Source: Eledone cirrhosa (lineage: Eukaryota). From it: a DNA stretch of 64,000 bases. The DNA lies in assembly GCA_964016885.1 (NCBI GenBank), contig OZ024742.1, forward strand, positions 349,680,001 to 349,744,000, given 5' to 3'. The translations under genes and the position numbers were made by a program. Positions 11,946 through 25,882 of this stretch are shown one piece after another. The notes beneath the pieces were generated by a model. The model saw only the letters and a program-made list of their open reading frames with translations, was not told the origin of the DNA and made no database searches. Each line of letters starts with the position of its first letter. The stretch's first letter is position 1.

Positions 11946-14900
11946 TTACAGACACATACTCAGAGTAGGCCCTTTCACTCGGGCCATACTTGCTTCTCTC
12001 ACCCATCTTTCAACAAAATGCTGGGAAGAGAGCACTTCCCTCTCTACCCTGATTTTCCTTTTCAAATGAAATTTGAAAAAGTTAATCAGGACATCACCGA
12101 AGAGGTAAGTGCTCGTCTTCAGCCCTTTCAAACGTGTCCACCATACTATCTCTTTCGCCATTGCCACCAGACAGATAAAAACTGCCTGCCCTTCCCGGCT
12201 AAAGGATGGACTCAGCTGATAGCCGGATCCGTCCTACACGTGACAGCAGGTGTTCGACATAAACCCACAAGTCAGCAATTCTGGGACACTGGACGAGTGC
12301 GTGCAGGACGGTTAGGTCGCCCTGCGCGCATCTCGGACATGCCCGGCTGACGGCACCTCCATGCCTGTAGAGTTTATCCCGAACTCGCAAAGCTCCTCGG
12401 TAGCACTGCCAGGCCAGGGATTTCTGGAAGTTGTCCATAGGCCCCGGCCCGAAAGTCCTTCCGAAGAGATTGGCTAGTTGATTTTCGTCGACGCCTAGAG
12501 TGTCTCCAAGTACGTCGTCACTCTTCCCCTCCACTAATCCTCTATAGAACGCCAAGGTGGAGTTTCCACCGATCACATTGCCCGATTGGTCGAGTGCTGT
12601 GAGCGCCTGAAGACATTCCAGTCTCCAAGCGCTCCCTCTCGGTCTTCGCTTGACCCAGGACTGCAGCTCGGTCAATGAGACGAGCTGGGAAAAGACGTGT
12701 CTAGCAAACGGCGACCACACCTGATCACCGTCGAGGAAGAGGTGGAGATGTCGTAGCCTGAGCGCGTGTCTGCGCATCATCAGCCACGGCATGCCCAGCC
12801 CTCCCGCCTGACCATCGGAGCGCGTCACTTCCACAAAAAGCGTAAGAGCAAACGCTCCAGCGCAGTCAGGCGGGGCTTAGGACAAGGTACGACGGTCAGG
12901 CGGTAGTAGATGACGGACGCGATGTACGCGTTAGCCACCTCCGCTCGACCTTTCAGGGATAGCTTCCTCTCGGCCCATTTCTGGGTGAGAGAAGCCACCC
13001 TGCTCGTCACCTCGTCCCAGTTTTTGTCCGTCTGGAGATCCGGACCGAACCAGACCCCTAGCAATTTAACCGGTCCGTCCGTCCAGCGCCCGACGACGCT
13101 GTTGGACGGTATGGACCTGCCTCTCCAGGTGCCGAGCTGCAGGCCCACTGGCTTTTCCTGGTTGATCATTGCTCCTGTCACCGCTTCGTATTCTCTTAGT
13201 GTAGTGCCGATCGCCTCGATGTGTTTGGCGTTCGACACCACTACGGTGACATCGTCGGCATATGCTGACAAGGATCTTCCGCATCCTAGTTCGCGCGGGA
13301 CCCCCCTCAACGTCTCCAGTTCGTGCAGTAATGGCTCGAGAATCAATCCATACAACAGGGACGAGAGGGGATATCCTTGGCGGATCGAGCGCATGATGTT
13401 GAACGGTTCCGAAAGTTGACCGTTCACTCTCACCACAGAGCAGATGTCGCTGTGCATAGCAGCGATCCAGCCTCTGAAGACGGGCCCAAAGCCAGCCGCC
13501 CTCAGGACTGCCGGTAGGTAATCATGGTCGACCCTATCGAAAGCTTTCGACTGATCTAAATTGATCAAGGACCCACCCGTGCCAGATTCCCTAGCTACCC
13601 TCTCTACGATGTATCGCATGAGGTGGAGGTTGTCGTGGATGGATCTGTCGGGAACGGCGCATGTCTGCACCTCTCCCACCAGACCACCAACGACAAGCGC
13701 CAACCTCTTTGCTAGCACCTTGGCCAAAATCTTGAACTCTGTGTTTAGCAGAGTTATGGGCCTGAAATTATCTGTTATCCCCCTTGTTCGGATCCTTTCT
13801 CAGCAGCGCCACAGCTCCTCGCTTTACAGAGCTGGGAATTCTCCCGTTCTGTTGCCAGTTGCAGTAGACGTCCGCCAAGAGGCCTCCGAACAAATTTAGC
13901 ATCTGTACGTAAAGTCCATAGGGCAGACCATCCAAACCAGACGATTTACCCCCTTGTACAGCTAGTCATTGCATCCCGTACTTCAGCGGCTGTTATCGAC
14001 TTTTCGCAAAACTCCGCCTCAGTGGCCGAGAGCCGCGGCAGTCCGTCGAGGTAGACACTAAAGTCCATCCCTCGATCCGGCTCGCCGCTGCCCCCGAACA
14101 GGTGTGCGAAGTGTCGCTGAAAAGCTTCACACATTTTCCCGAGATCGAGTAGCAAGCGCTCGTCGTGGTCCACCAAAGACCGGATCGTGGCTTTGTTGCC
14201 ACGACGCGCCTCAGCCACTCGGGCCCAATGAACGGCTTTGGTCGCCTCGTGTCTGCGAGCACGCAGCCTAGCTCTGACAACGCAGCCTTCGTGCTTTGCA
14301 TTGAAGAATTGGTCAGGGGCCAAAACCTAATGGTCTCTATTCTAATCGATCTTTTCAACTTATTGTTGTCGATGGCCCCCGTCAACGCCCGCTTAACTAG
14401 TTCGCTAATCCGGTCTCTGTAGGCCTTGCGCGCTGGTAAGGACGCGTTTAGCTTCCAGTAGCCGTGTCCCCGTCTATGAAGCCTATCTAAGTCAAGCACA
14501 CAGATCACGAATTTATGGTCCGTGTAGCTGACTATATTGAATTATGGACAGCCTATGCAGACCTATCTATTTCCCTACAAAATACTCTATCTAGATATGA
14601 TCTGGATGACCCTATGCGATTTTTCCAAGTCCACATTGGCACATTCGGGAAATCCAATCGGTACCTGTCAGACAGTTCAAAACGCCTGAGCAGGTTGGTG
14701 AGGCTCTTGCACCCTCCTCCCCTATCTGCTAATCCCACACAGTCCCAGCGTGCATCTAAGATCCCGTTCCAGTCGCCCAGTAACACTAAAGAGCGGGACG
14801 TTCCAAGAAAGGTCTCCAGACGCCGGAAGAAATCAGGCCGCCCTGCTCCTGTCGGGGCATAGACGGCCACTAGCCTGACAGCTTGCCCGTCTCCGCTGGT

Positions 14901-15182
14901 CACGTCTAGCACCACCAACTTACCTTCTGGGTCCAGGAAGAAGGCCCGTATGGGGAGATCCAAACCTCTCCGAAAAAGCACAGCAACTCCACCCCCCGAT
15001 CCAGGACGGCTGGGAGATGCGTACACATCGTAGCCGTCAAAGATCGGTGCGAAGGCCCGTGCTTCGGAGATTCTGGTCTCGCTGATGACCACTACATCTA
15101 TGTTTAGTGACCTGAGGTGGCCCTGCTTCCATGACGACCCCAAGCCACGCGCTTTTATGTTGCCTATTCTGAGTGAGGTCAT
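11946..15182 (-). pseudogene. Tx1 ORF2 copy B, fragmented by deletions and frameshifts
   Basis: APE 14553-15182; RT with YADD 12825-13727; C-terminal CPRC..H....C in 12199-12834; deletions near 14322 and 12805 relative to copy C. Confidence 0.9.
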
Positions 15183-15216
15183 GTTGAAATGGAGTGGAAA
15201 AGATGGGAAAGACCAC

Positions 15217-17140
15217 TTACCTTACTTCTCGTAGAGGAAGGATGGTTTCTCCATCCTTTTCACTGCTTTTGGCCTCCTCCAGAAGGATGTCCTTATAAAT
15301 CCTCCTGGAGAGTGCTTGTCGGAAGTCTCCGATGTCTTTGGGGGATTTTTGTTTTAGTGTTGTGTACGTTTTCTGTGTGATGCGAGTGATTTGTATGTGT
15401 GGAGGTGGTGTGAACTTTTGGGTTGTTGTGTAGTCTTTTTCTGTGATGCTGGTGTTGTGTTGGATGTAGTTTAATAATTGGTTGTTGTTCAAATTTAATG
15501 CTGTGTAGTGTGTATCGTTTTGGTTGTTTTGTTTTGTTTGCGTTTGTTGTGGGTTCGTTTCTGTTTCGCTTTTTGGTGACTTTCGTGGTGTTGGTGTTTG
15601 GTGGTGTTGGGGTTAATGATGGTGATGGTGTTGGTGTTTGTGGTGATGGGGTTGGTGATGCTGGTGTGGATGGTGGCATAGCTGTCCTAACTTTTTTGTT
15701 TGATAGTTTATTTATTTCCCTCTGTATTTTATTTTTGGAGGGGGAAGGAAGGGGATTTTTTTCTTTTTTGGCTTCTTTTTCTTTTTTTCTCTTTTCCTGA
15801 TACCGTTTCCCACTCCTCGTCGTCACAATCTGTCTCCAGTTGCTATAGGTCGGGGAGTAGAAAATCCTCCACAGGCGTTGGTTTTGGTTGTGGCGTGGTG
15901 GATGGTGTAGGCGCTGGTGCTAGTTCTGGCGCGTTGGGTGGTGGTGGTGTTGGTTTTGCTACTGTTGCTGGGGTTGTTGCTGTTACAGTTGCTTCTGTTG
16001 TTGCTGCTACAGTTGTTACTGCCATTTTTGCTGCTGGTGGTGTTGATGGTTGTGTCACTGGGGTGGGTAAGAGAAGTGGCCTCAACCTTTTAGCTTGAGG
16101 GCAGAAAGCCCTTAGGTGGGTTCCTTCACCACAAACGACACACCTAGACCTTCTGCCCTCGACGATTACGGTGAGGTGGTTGCCGTCAGTGAGGTCTATT
16201 ACCTCTGCGATCTCCTCAATGCTATTTTGGTCCGCTTGGATCAGGAGCTCCATCTCAGATCCGGACCAGTTCTCCTGCTTTTCTTTCGCTATTTCGATTA
16301 TCTTGGTGTTGGCTTCGATGCCGGCTAGGACGGCAGCCATTAGCCAGGGAATTTCGATGGCCGGTGGAACGTGGGTCACCCTGATCTTCACGAGTCTCTG
16401 GCCATAATAGCTTGGGACGAGTGTGAAGTCGTCACTTCTTAATGGGGCCATGGAGTGTTCTCTGGCCTCTTGTGGTGTTTCAAAGAACACGTTCACGGTT
16501 CCATATTTCTTCCCACGTCTGATGTGGGTTTTTGTTGCCCACACATGTCCCAAAGTTTTTGGATTTGGGACTCGGATGCTCGTTCCACTCAGCGCGATTT
16601 TATGTTAATCGTCCGATAAGACACGATGCTCTATTTTATTAGGTGGGGGTCGGGGTGGGGGCTGATCCTGTACCCATCTTTCTTTACCATTCTTTTGGCT
16701 TCTTCTAATTCCTCCTAAGTTACCTGGAATGCTTCGCACCTTTTTTCTACTCTGGCAAAAGACAGGGTGGTTTTCTTAATTTCATTGTTGCTGTTGTTGT
16801 TATCGTTATTTTTGTTATTGTTAATTTTAGTTTCAGTTGGGGTGGTGGTGGCGTCAGTGGTCTTCGGTGTGGAAGAGTTCATTTTGGGTGAATTCATTTC
16901 GATATCACGAGATAATTTATTTTTTCCTTTTGTTTCTGTTGTCGCTGTGGTGGTGGTGGGGGTGGCGGCTTCAACACCTGCAGTCATTGGTAATGGCGGG
17001 AAATAAATGTCTGCCTGAGACAAATTTAAAATATTGCTACTGCTTATATTTTTAGTAATGGCAAACGTAGTCATATTTACAATGGTGGTGTCGGTGTGAG
17101 GTGTTAGTTTGTGAGGAAGGTGTGACTCTGAGTCGTCCAT
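15217..17140 (-). pseudogene. Tx1 ORF1 copy B, fragmented
   Basis: CVVCGEGTHLRAFC knuckle in 15843-16553; other fragments 15217-15492 and 16715-17140. Confidence 0.85.
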
Positions 17141-17444
17141 GATTTTTTCAAAGAAACATTTTTTGTTTGATAATTATAAAAGTTTAAATTTTGGGCTCAA
17201 GGCCCCAATCTTTTTGAGTGTCCTTTTCAGAAAACAATGTATGTGCACTTATATACAGTTAACAATAAAACTTTTCCATAAATGGCAATTTTAAACAACT
17301 GAAAATAACAAACCTTTGCGGAGCTCTCGATAATACGATTTACTACGTAGGTCGCCAATAATAATAATAATAATAGTAATGATTTCATTTATTAGCCACA
17401 AGGGCCGACATGTATAATAATAATAATAATAATAGTAATAGTAA

Positions 17445-17662
17445 TGGTTTCGGATTTATACACAAAGCCAATAGTTTGTAGGAGAGGTGGCAGTCGATTA
17501 AATCCACCCCATTGCATTACTGGTACTTTATTTTATCGACCCTGTAAAGATAAAAGGCAAAGCTAACTTCGGCGGGATTTGAACTCAGAACGTAAAAGGC
17601 CGTAACTCTATGCCACAAAGCATGTTGTCTGACGCTCTATCGATTACTGCTAATCCACCTCC
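17445..17662 (-). mobile_element. SINE type A copy between Tx1 copies B and C
   Basis: Homologous to 9896-10115. Confidence 0.8.
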
Positions 17663-17676
17663 CTCATAATAATACA

Positions 17677-17746
<70 letters not shown>

Positions 17747-17989
17747 TTTTCTTTATTAACCACAAGGGTTTACATAAAGTAGACATTAAGGACAGTACAG
17801 GACAATACAGGACGGTACAAATGGGCATTTCTGCGTGTAAAAAAAACAGAGGTTGAAATAAAATAACAAAGAAAAATTCACCAATAGGGGGGAGACTTTC
17901 GAGGGACATTTGTGGAGAAAGCCCATTAAAAGACCACAGTGGCCCTGACCACCAGGGCAAGTGCCCTCTACCAGTTTTCCACCTTTAAT

Positions 17990-20900
17990 TTACAGACACA
18001 TACTCAGAGAAGGCCCATTCATTCGGGCCATACTTGCTTCTCTCACCCATCTTTCAACAAAATGCTGGGAAGAGAACACTTCCCTCTCTACCCTGATTTT
18101 CCTTTTCAAATGAAATTTGAAAAAGTTAATCATGGCATCACCGAAGAGGTAAGTGCTCGTCTTCAGCCCTTTCAAACGTGTCCACCATACTATCTCTTTC
18201 GCCATGGCCACCAGACAGATAAAAACTGCCTGCCCTTCCCGGCTAAAGGAAGGGGGTGGGGCAATCCTCACGATGGACTCAGCTGATAGCTGGATCCGTC
18301 CTACACGTGACAGCAGGTGTTCGACATAAACCCACAAGTCAGCAATGCTCAGACACTGGACGAGTGCGTGCAGGACGGTTTCGTCGCCCTGCGCGCATCT
18401 CGGACATGCCCGGCTGACGGCACCTCCATGCCTGTAGAGTTTATCCCGAACTCGCAAAGCTCCTCGGTAGCACTGCCAGGCCAGGGATTTCTGGAAGTTG
18501 TCCATAGGCCCCGGCCCGAAAGTCCTTCCGAAGAGATTGGCTAGTTGATTTTCGTCGACGCCTAGAGTTTCTCCAAGTACGTCGTCGCTCTTCCCCTCCA
18601 CTAATCCCCTATAGAACGCCAAGGTGGAGTTTCCACCGATCACATTGCCCGATTGGTCGAGGGCTGTGAGCGCCTGAAGACATTCCAGTCTCCAAGCGCT
18701 CCCTCTCGGTCTTCGCTTGACCCAGGACTGCAGCTCCGTCAAGGAGACGAGCTGGGAAAAACGTGTCTCGCAAACGGCGACCACACCTGATCACCGTCGA
18801 GGAAGAGGTGGAGATGTCGTAGCCTGAGCGCGTGTCTGCGCATCATCAGCCACGGCATGCCCAGCCCTCCACGTAGCGGGTGTTGACAGCAGATGGACCG
18901 CCTGACCATCGGAGCGCGTCCCTTCCACAAGAAGCGAAAGAGCAAACGCTCCAGCGCAGTCAGGCGGGGCTTAGGACAAGGTACGGCGGTCAGGCGGTAG
19001 TAGATGACGGATGCGATTTACGCATTCGCCACCTCCGCTCGACCTTTCAGGGATAGCTTCCTCTCGGCCCATTTCTGGGTGAGGGAAGCCACCCTGCTGG
19101 TCACCTCATCCCAGTTTTTGTCCATCTGGAGGTCTGGACCGAACCAGACCCCTAGCAATTTAACCGGTCCGTCCGTCCAGCGCCCGACGACGCTGTTGGA
19201 CGGTATGGACCTGCCTCTCCAGGTGCCGAGCTGCAGGCCCACTGACTTTTCCTGGTTGATCATTGCTCCTGTCACCGCTTCGTATTCTCTTAGTGTAGTG
19301 CCGATCGCCTCGATGTGTTTGGCGTTCGACACCACTACGGTGACATCGTCGGCATATGCTGACACGGATCTTCCGCATCCTAGTTCGCGCAGGACCCCCC
19401 TCAACGTCTCCAGTTTGTGCAGTAATTGCTCGAGAGTCAATACGTACAATAGGGACGAGAGGGGACATCCTCGCCGGACCGAGCGCATGATGTTGAACGG
19501 TTCCGAAAGGTGACCGTTCACTCTCACTACAGAGCAGATGTCGCTGTGCATGGCAGCGATCCAGCCTCTGAAGACGGGCCCAAAGCCAGCCGCCCTCAGG
19601 ACTGCCGCTAGGTAACGATGGTCGACCCTATCGAAGGCTTTCGACTGATCTAAATTGATCAAAGACCCACCCGTGCCAGGTTCCCTAGCTACCCTCTCTA
19701 CGATGTATCGCATGAGGTGGAGGTTGTCGTGGATGGATCTGTCGGGAATGGCGCATGTCTGTGCCTCTCCCACCAGACCACAACGACAAGCGCCAACCTC
19801 TTTGCTAGCACCTTGGCCAAAATCTTGAACTCTGTGTTTAGCAGAGTTATGGGCCTAAAATTATCTATGTTATCCCCCTTGTTCGGATCCTTTCTCAGCA
19901 GCGCCACCGCTCCTCGGCTCACAGAGCTGGGAATTCTCCCGTTCTGTTGCCAGTTGCAGTAGACGTCCGCCAAGAGGCCTCCGAACAAGTTTGGCATTTG
20001 TACGTAAAGTTCATAGGGCAGACCATCCAAACCAGGCGATTTACCCCTTGTGCAACTAGTCATTGCATCCCGTACTTCAGCGGTTGTTATCGGCTTTTCG
20101 CAACACTCCGCCTCAGTGGCCGAGAGCCACGGCAGTGCGTCGAGGTAGACACTAAAGTCCATCGCTCCACCCGGCCCGCCACTTCCCCCGAACAGCTGAG
20201 CGAAGTGTCGCTGAAAAGCTTCACACATTTGCCCGGGATCGAGTAGCATGCGCCCGTCGTGGTCCACCAAAGACCGGATCGTGGCTTTGTTGCCACGACG
20301 CGCCTCCGCCACTCGGGCTCATTGAACGGCTTTCGTCTCCTCGTGTCTGAGAGCACGCACCCTAGCTCTGACAACGCAGCCTTTGTGCTTTGCATTGAAG
20401 AATTGGTCAAGGGCCAATTTCGCCGCAAGTACGTCGGTCGCGATGCCTTTGCTAAGCGCCTCATCTAATTTTCTAACTAATTCTCCCTCTGCTCTATTTT
20501 TCTCTATTGCTAAAGTCTTACTAAACCTAATGGACTCTATTCTAATTTCTCTTTTCAGAGCAAACCACCACTTGTTGTTGACGATGGCCCCCGTCAACGC
20601 CCGCTTAACTAGTTCGCTAATCCGGTCTCTGTAGGCCTTGCGCGCTGGTAAGGACGCGTTTAGCTTCCAGTAGCCGGGTCCTCGCCTATGAAGCCTATCT
20701 AAGTCAAGCACACAGATCACGAATTTGTGGTCCGTGTAGCTGACTATCTTGAATTGTGGACAGCCTATGCTAGACCTATCTATTTCCCTACAAAATACTC
20801 TATCTAGATATGATCTGGATGACCCTATGCGATTTGTCCAAGTCCACATTGGTACATTCGGGAAATCCATTCGGTACCTGTCAGACAGTTCAAAACGTCT

Positions 20901-21407
20901 GAGCAGGTTGGTGAGACTCTTGCACCCTCCTTCCCTATCCACTAACCCCACACAATCCCAGTGTGCATCTAAGATCCCGTTCCAGTCGCCCACTAACACT
21001 AAAGAGCGGGACGTTCCAAGAAAGGTCTCCAGACGCCGGAAGAAATCAGGCCGCCCTGCTCCTGTCGGGGCATAGACGGCCACTAACCTGAAAGCTTGCC
21101 CGTCTCCGCTGCTCACGTCCAGCACCACCAACTTACCTTCTGGGTCCAGGAAGATGGCCCGTATGGCAAGATCCAAACCTCTCCGAAAAAGCACAGCAAC
21201 TCCTCCCCCCGATCCCGGACGGCTGGGAGATGCGTACACATCGTAGCCGCCGAAGATCGGTGCGAAAGCCTGTGCTTCGGAGATTCTGGTCTCGCTGATG
21301 GCCACTACATCTATGTTTAGTGACCTGAGGTCGTTGAGCAGGCGGCCCTGCTTCCATGACGACCCCAAGCCACGCGCATTTATGCTGCCTATTCTGAGTG
21401 AGGTCAT
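17990..21407 (-). pseudogene. Tx1 ORF2 copy C (APE-RT-CCHC), interrupted
   Basis: Fragments 20319-21407, 19698-20312, 19018-19773 (YADD), 18739-18945, 17990-18784 (CPRCAQGDETVLHALVQC). Confidence 0.9.
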
Positions 21408-21442
21408 GTTGAAAAGGAGTGGAAAAGATGGGAAAGACCACT

Positions 21443-23373
21443 TACCTTACTTCTCGTAGGGGAAGGACGGTTTTTCCATCCTTTTCACTGCTTGTGGCCT
21501 CCTCAGGAAGGATGTCCTTATAAATCCTCCTGGAGAGTGCTTGTCAGAAGTCTCCGATGTCTTTGGGGAATTTTTGTTTTAGTGTCATGTACGTTTTCTG
21601 TGTGATGCGAGTGATTTGTATGTGTGGAGGTGGTGTGAATTTTGGGGTTGTTGTGTAGTCTTTTTCTGTGATGCTGGTGTTGTGTTGGATGTAGTGTAAT
21701 AATTGCTTGTTGTTCAAATTTAATGCTGTGTAGTGTGTATCGTTTTGGTTGTTTTGTTTTGTTTGCGTTTGTTGTGGGTTTGTTTCTGTTTCGCATTTTG
21801 GTGACTTTTATGGTGTAGGTGATGGTGGTGTTGGGGTTAATGATGGTGATGGTGTTGGTGTTTGGGTTGATGAGGTTGGTGATGCTGGTGTGGATGGTGG
21901 CATATCTGTCCTAACTTTTTTGTTTCTTAATTTATTTGTTTCCCTCTGTATTTTGTTTTTGGAGGGGGAAGGAAGAGAATTTTTCTTTTTTGGTTTCTTT
22001 TTTTTTTTTTCCGGATATCGTTTCCCACTCCTCGTCGTCACAATCTGTCTCCAGTTGTGATAGGCCGGGGAGTGGAAAATCCTCCACAGCCGTTAGTTTT
22101 GGTTGTGGCGTGGTGGATGGTGTAGGCGCTGGTGCTAGTTCTGAAGCGTTGGGTGGTGGTGGTGTTGGTTTTGCTGCTGGTGGTGGTGGTGTTGGTTTTG
22201 CTACTGTTGCTGGGGTTGTTGCTGTTATAGTTGCTTCTGTTGTTGCTGCTACAGTTGTTGCTGCCATCTCTGCTACTGGTGGTGTTGATGATTGTGTCAC
22301 TGGGGTGGGTAGGAGAGGTGGCCTCAACCTTTTAGCCTGAGGGCAGAAAGCCCTTAGGTGGGTTCCTTCACCACAAACGATACACCTAGGTCTTCTGCCC
22401 TCGACAATTACCGTGAGGTGGCTGCCGTCAGTGAGGTCTATTACCTCTGGGATCTCTTCAATGCTTTTTTGGTCCGCTTGGATCAGGAGCTCCATCCCAG
22501 ATCCGGACCAGTTTTCCTGCTTTTCTTTTGCTATTGCTATTATTTTCGTGTTGGCTTCGATGCCGGCGAGGACGGCCGCTATTAGCCAGGGAATTTCGAT
22601 GGCCGGTGGAACGTGGGTCACCCTGATCTTTACGAGTCTCTGGCCAAAATAGCTTGGGACGAGTGTGAAGTCGTCACTTTTTAATGGGGCCATGGAGTGT
22701 TCTCTAGCCTCCTCTGGTGCTTCAAAGAACACGTCCACGGTTCCATACTTTTGCCCACGTCTGATGTGGGTTTTTCTTGCCCACACATGTCCCAAAGCTT
22801 TTTGGATTTGGGACTCGGATGCCCGTTCCACTCGGCGCGATTTTACATTTATTGTTCTATACGACACGGTACATAGGCGCCGATGCTCCATTTTATTAGG
22901 TGGGGGGGGGGGGTGAGGCGAGGCTGACCCTGTACCCATCTTTCTTTACCATTTGTTTGGCATTTTCTAAATCTTCCTGAGTTACGGTAAATGCTTCGAA
23001 TTGTTTTGCTACTCTGGCGAAACTGAGGGGGGGGGGGTTTATAATGTCATTGTTGTTGTTGTTGCTATCGTTAATATTAATTTTAGTTTCAGTTGTGGTG
23101 GTGGTGACGTCAGTCGTCTTTGGTGGGGAAGAGTCCATTTTGCTTGATTTCATTTCGACATCACGAGTTAATTTATTTATTTCTTCTTTTGTTTCTGTTG
23201 TCGCGGTGGTGGTGGTGGTGGTGGTTGTCGCGGTGGTGGTGGTGGTGGTGGAGGCTTTAACACCTGCAGTCATTGGTAATGGCGGGAAATGAATGTCTGC
23301 CTGAGACAAATTTAAAATATTGCTACTGCTTATATTTTTTTTGTGTTGGCAAACGTAGTAACATTTACAATGG
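21443..23373 (-). pseudogene. Tx1 ORF1 copy C, frameshifted at homopolymer runs
   Basis: CIVCGEGTHLRAFC; fragments 21932-22939 and 22896-23309 overlap at a G-run. Confidence 0.8.
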
Positions 23374-23651
23374 TGGTGTCGGTGTGAGGTGTTATTTTGT
23401 GAGGAAGGCTTTCAGCTGCTTCGTGCAGAGGTGAAGTAGCCATTTTTTTTCAAAGAAATTTTTTGATAATAATAAAAGTTAAAATTTTGGGCACAAGGCC
23501 CCAATCTTTTTGGGTGTCCTTTTCGGAAAACAATGTATGTGTGCTTATAAACAGTTAACAATAAAATTTTCCATAAATGGCAATTTTTAACAAACGGAAA
23601 TAACAAACCTTTGCGGAGCTCACGATGATACGATTTACTACGTAGGTCGCC

Positions 23652-23688
<37 letters not shown>

Positions 23689-23689
<1 letters not shown>

Positions 23690-25291
23690 GTTTGGACTAG
23701 ATAAATGCGCCAAAGCAACGTTCACCAGAGGAAAGCTGCTGAAGAGTTCAGACATTAATCTTGATCGGGGGAACGTGATAAGAGAACTTGATCAAGAAAA
23801 AACTTACAAATATCTAGGTGTTTGTGAAGGAGACAGAATCAAGCACTCGACAATGAGGGAAAGGATAAGGAAGTAATGTTACCGCAGAGTAAGAGCAATC
23901 TTAAGAACGGAATTGAATGCAAGGAATAGGATCGATGCCATAAACACGCTTGCCATACCAGTAGTAACCTACAGTTACAATGTCATCAACTGGTCAAGCA
24001 CAGTGATCCGTAGGCTCGATACAAAAATTCGAAAATTCTTAACCATGTACAGAATGCATCACCCTAAGGTAGATACAGATAGAATATATCTCCCTAGGAA
24101 AGAAGGAGGACGTGGGTTAATCCAGTTAGACATTGCGTTGAAAACTGCAAGAATTGGATTATCTACATATCTAAGGGAATCACATGATTGGATGATCAAA
24201 CTCGTTTTGAAACATGAAAGCATCAAAAGATCATATTTCATTACAAAAGATGCACAAAGATACAGTAATGGACTACAAATTTCATTTCATTTCATTTACT
24301 GCTGAAATGGAAAACACAGAAAAAGCAAAGCAGGTAAAAGTAACTGCAAAGAAAGAACTGCTACAGAAACTGGCTAAGAAATGGCAAGAAAAGCCTCTGT
24401 ATGGAAAATACCCAGAACGAGTTAACAATCCTGATGTTGACAAAACTTTAACCCATCAGTGGTTGGCATCCTCTGGACTGAAATTGGAGACTGAAGGACT
24501 GATTATATCAGCACAAGATCAGTGTCTGCCAACAAAAAATTACCAAGCCAACATAATAAAAAATGGATGCAGCCCATTATGCCGTGTATGCAAAAAACAA
24601 CCAGAGACCATTGACCATATAATTTCAATGTGCAGTCCTATAGCTCCAACCGAATACCTAAACAGGCATGACAGTGCTGCACAATACATACATTGGATAA
24701 TGTGTAAGCATTTTGACCTGCCCCATCAAAAGAATTGGTGGGAGTATCAACCACCTCCCATACTTGAAAAAGATCACATCTCAATCTTGTGGAACTTTAG
24801 CATCCAAACAGACCGAAAAATAGATGCAAATAGACCTGATATAATATTGAAGGACTTTAAAAAGAGGGTATGCCTGCTAATTGATATGTCCGTTCCAATA
24901 GACAAGAATGTATCTATAAAAACATTTGAAAAATTGAGCAAGTATAAGGACCTGGAGATAGAAATTGGAAAAATGTGGAAATTGAGAACTAAAACAATAC
25001 CAGTGGTTGTAGGCGCTCTGGGAATGATACCTAAGGGGTCTAATGATTACTTATCGCAAATCCCAGGAAACCCGCATATAGGAGAAATACAAAAGATAGT
25101 ACTAATGGGAACTGCCCATATACTAAGGAAGATTCTGTCAATATAAGTACATCACAAGTCTAAACACTAAAGATGCATGTGTGAGTATGTATGTTCTTTC
25201 TTGAACATGGCAGACTTTGTTGTCTCTTGAGGTCACTGGTTGTGACTTGGTGATAACTCGTATGAACATAAAGCAAGATAAATGCAACTGT
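23689..25291 (+). mobile_element. 5'-truncated R4/Dong-clade non-LTR retrotransposon (RT C-terminal part, CCHC, restriction-like endonuclease)
   Basis: FGLDKCA..YKYLG, RIYLPRKEGGRGL, CRVC..ETIDHIISMC, YLNRHD, RPDII..LIDMSVP..KLSKYKDL; (TAA)n on both sides; stop near 23874 and frameshift near 24290. Confidence 0.9.
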
Positions 25292-25882
25292 AATAATAAT
25301 AATAATATAAAACGAGACTTCTATTCAGTGTTTGTCTACCAGAAGTCATTTTAAAAAACCAAGCATGGTAGAATACACTTATCCATGGTGTCTTGAGGTG
25401 GATCGAAATCGGAACCACTTGAATGTGAAGTAAATGTCTGCACTCTCTCTCTCTCCTTTCCGCTCTCTATCTCTGTGCCTGACTGTTTCTCTTAGTCCCT
25501 CTAGTTATGTAATATGCTGAACTCGGAAACTTTCGAAATGTTTATCTCGTGATAACCTTGCTGATATCTCATTGTTTTATATTTTTGTTTTATGTGCAAC
25601 AGAATTATCAAGGCTGTTTTTATTATAGTTCCATCGATATGGAATTTTATATGCGTCACAATGCATTATTTTGAAGCCATCATGGCTCGCATATATTAAT
25701 TTTCAATTATCATGAGAATCATTCCTATATTGAGGAAAATTTAGCGAACATTCGTCTTCTTTTTCTTTCGGTATCTCTCCTGCATCCCCCTCTCCCCTCT
25801 CTCATAAAAGTCCATGATACAATACAGGTACACTATGTTTCTTATGCCTGCTTACGAAGAAATTGTGTACCGTGCTTTTAAT

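Larger units (their letters stand above)
11697..17356 (-). mobile_element. Tx1-clade LINE, copy B (full span, decayed)
   Basis: 3' end AATAAAGAAAAC-(ATT)n; 5' end GGCGACCTACGTAG next to (AAT)n; ORF fragments 11946-17140. Confidence 0.92.
17743..23651 (-). mobile_element. Tx1-clade LINE, copy C (full-length, few lesions)
   Basis: Same termini as copy B; (AAT)n at 17666-17744 and 23652-23688. Confidence 0.93.
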
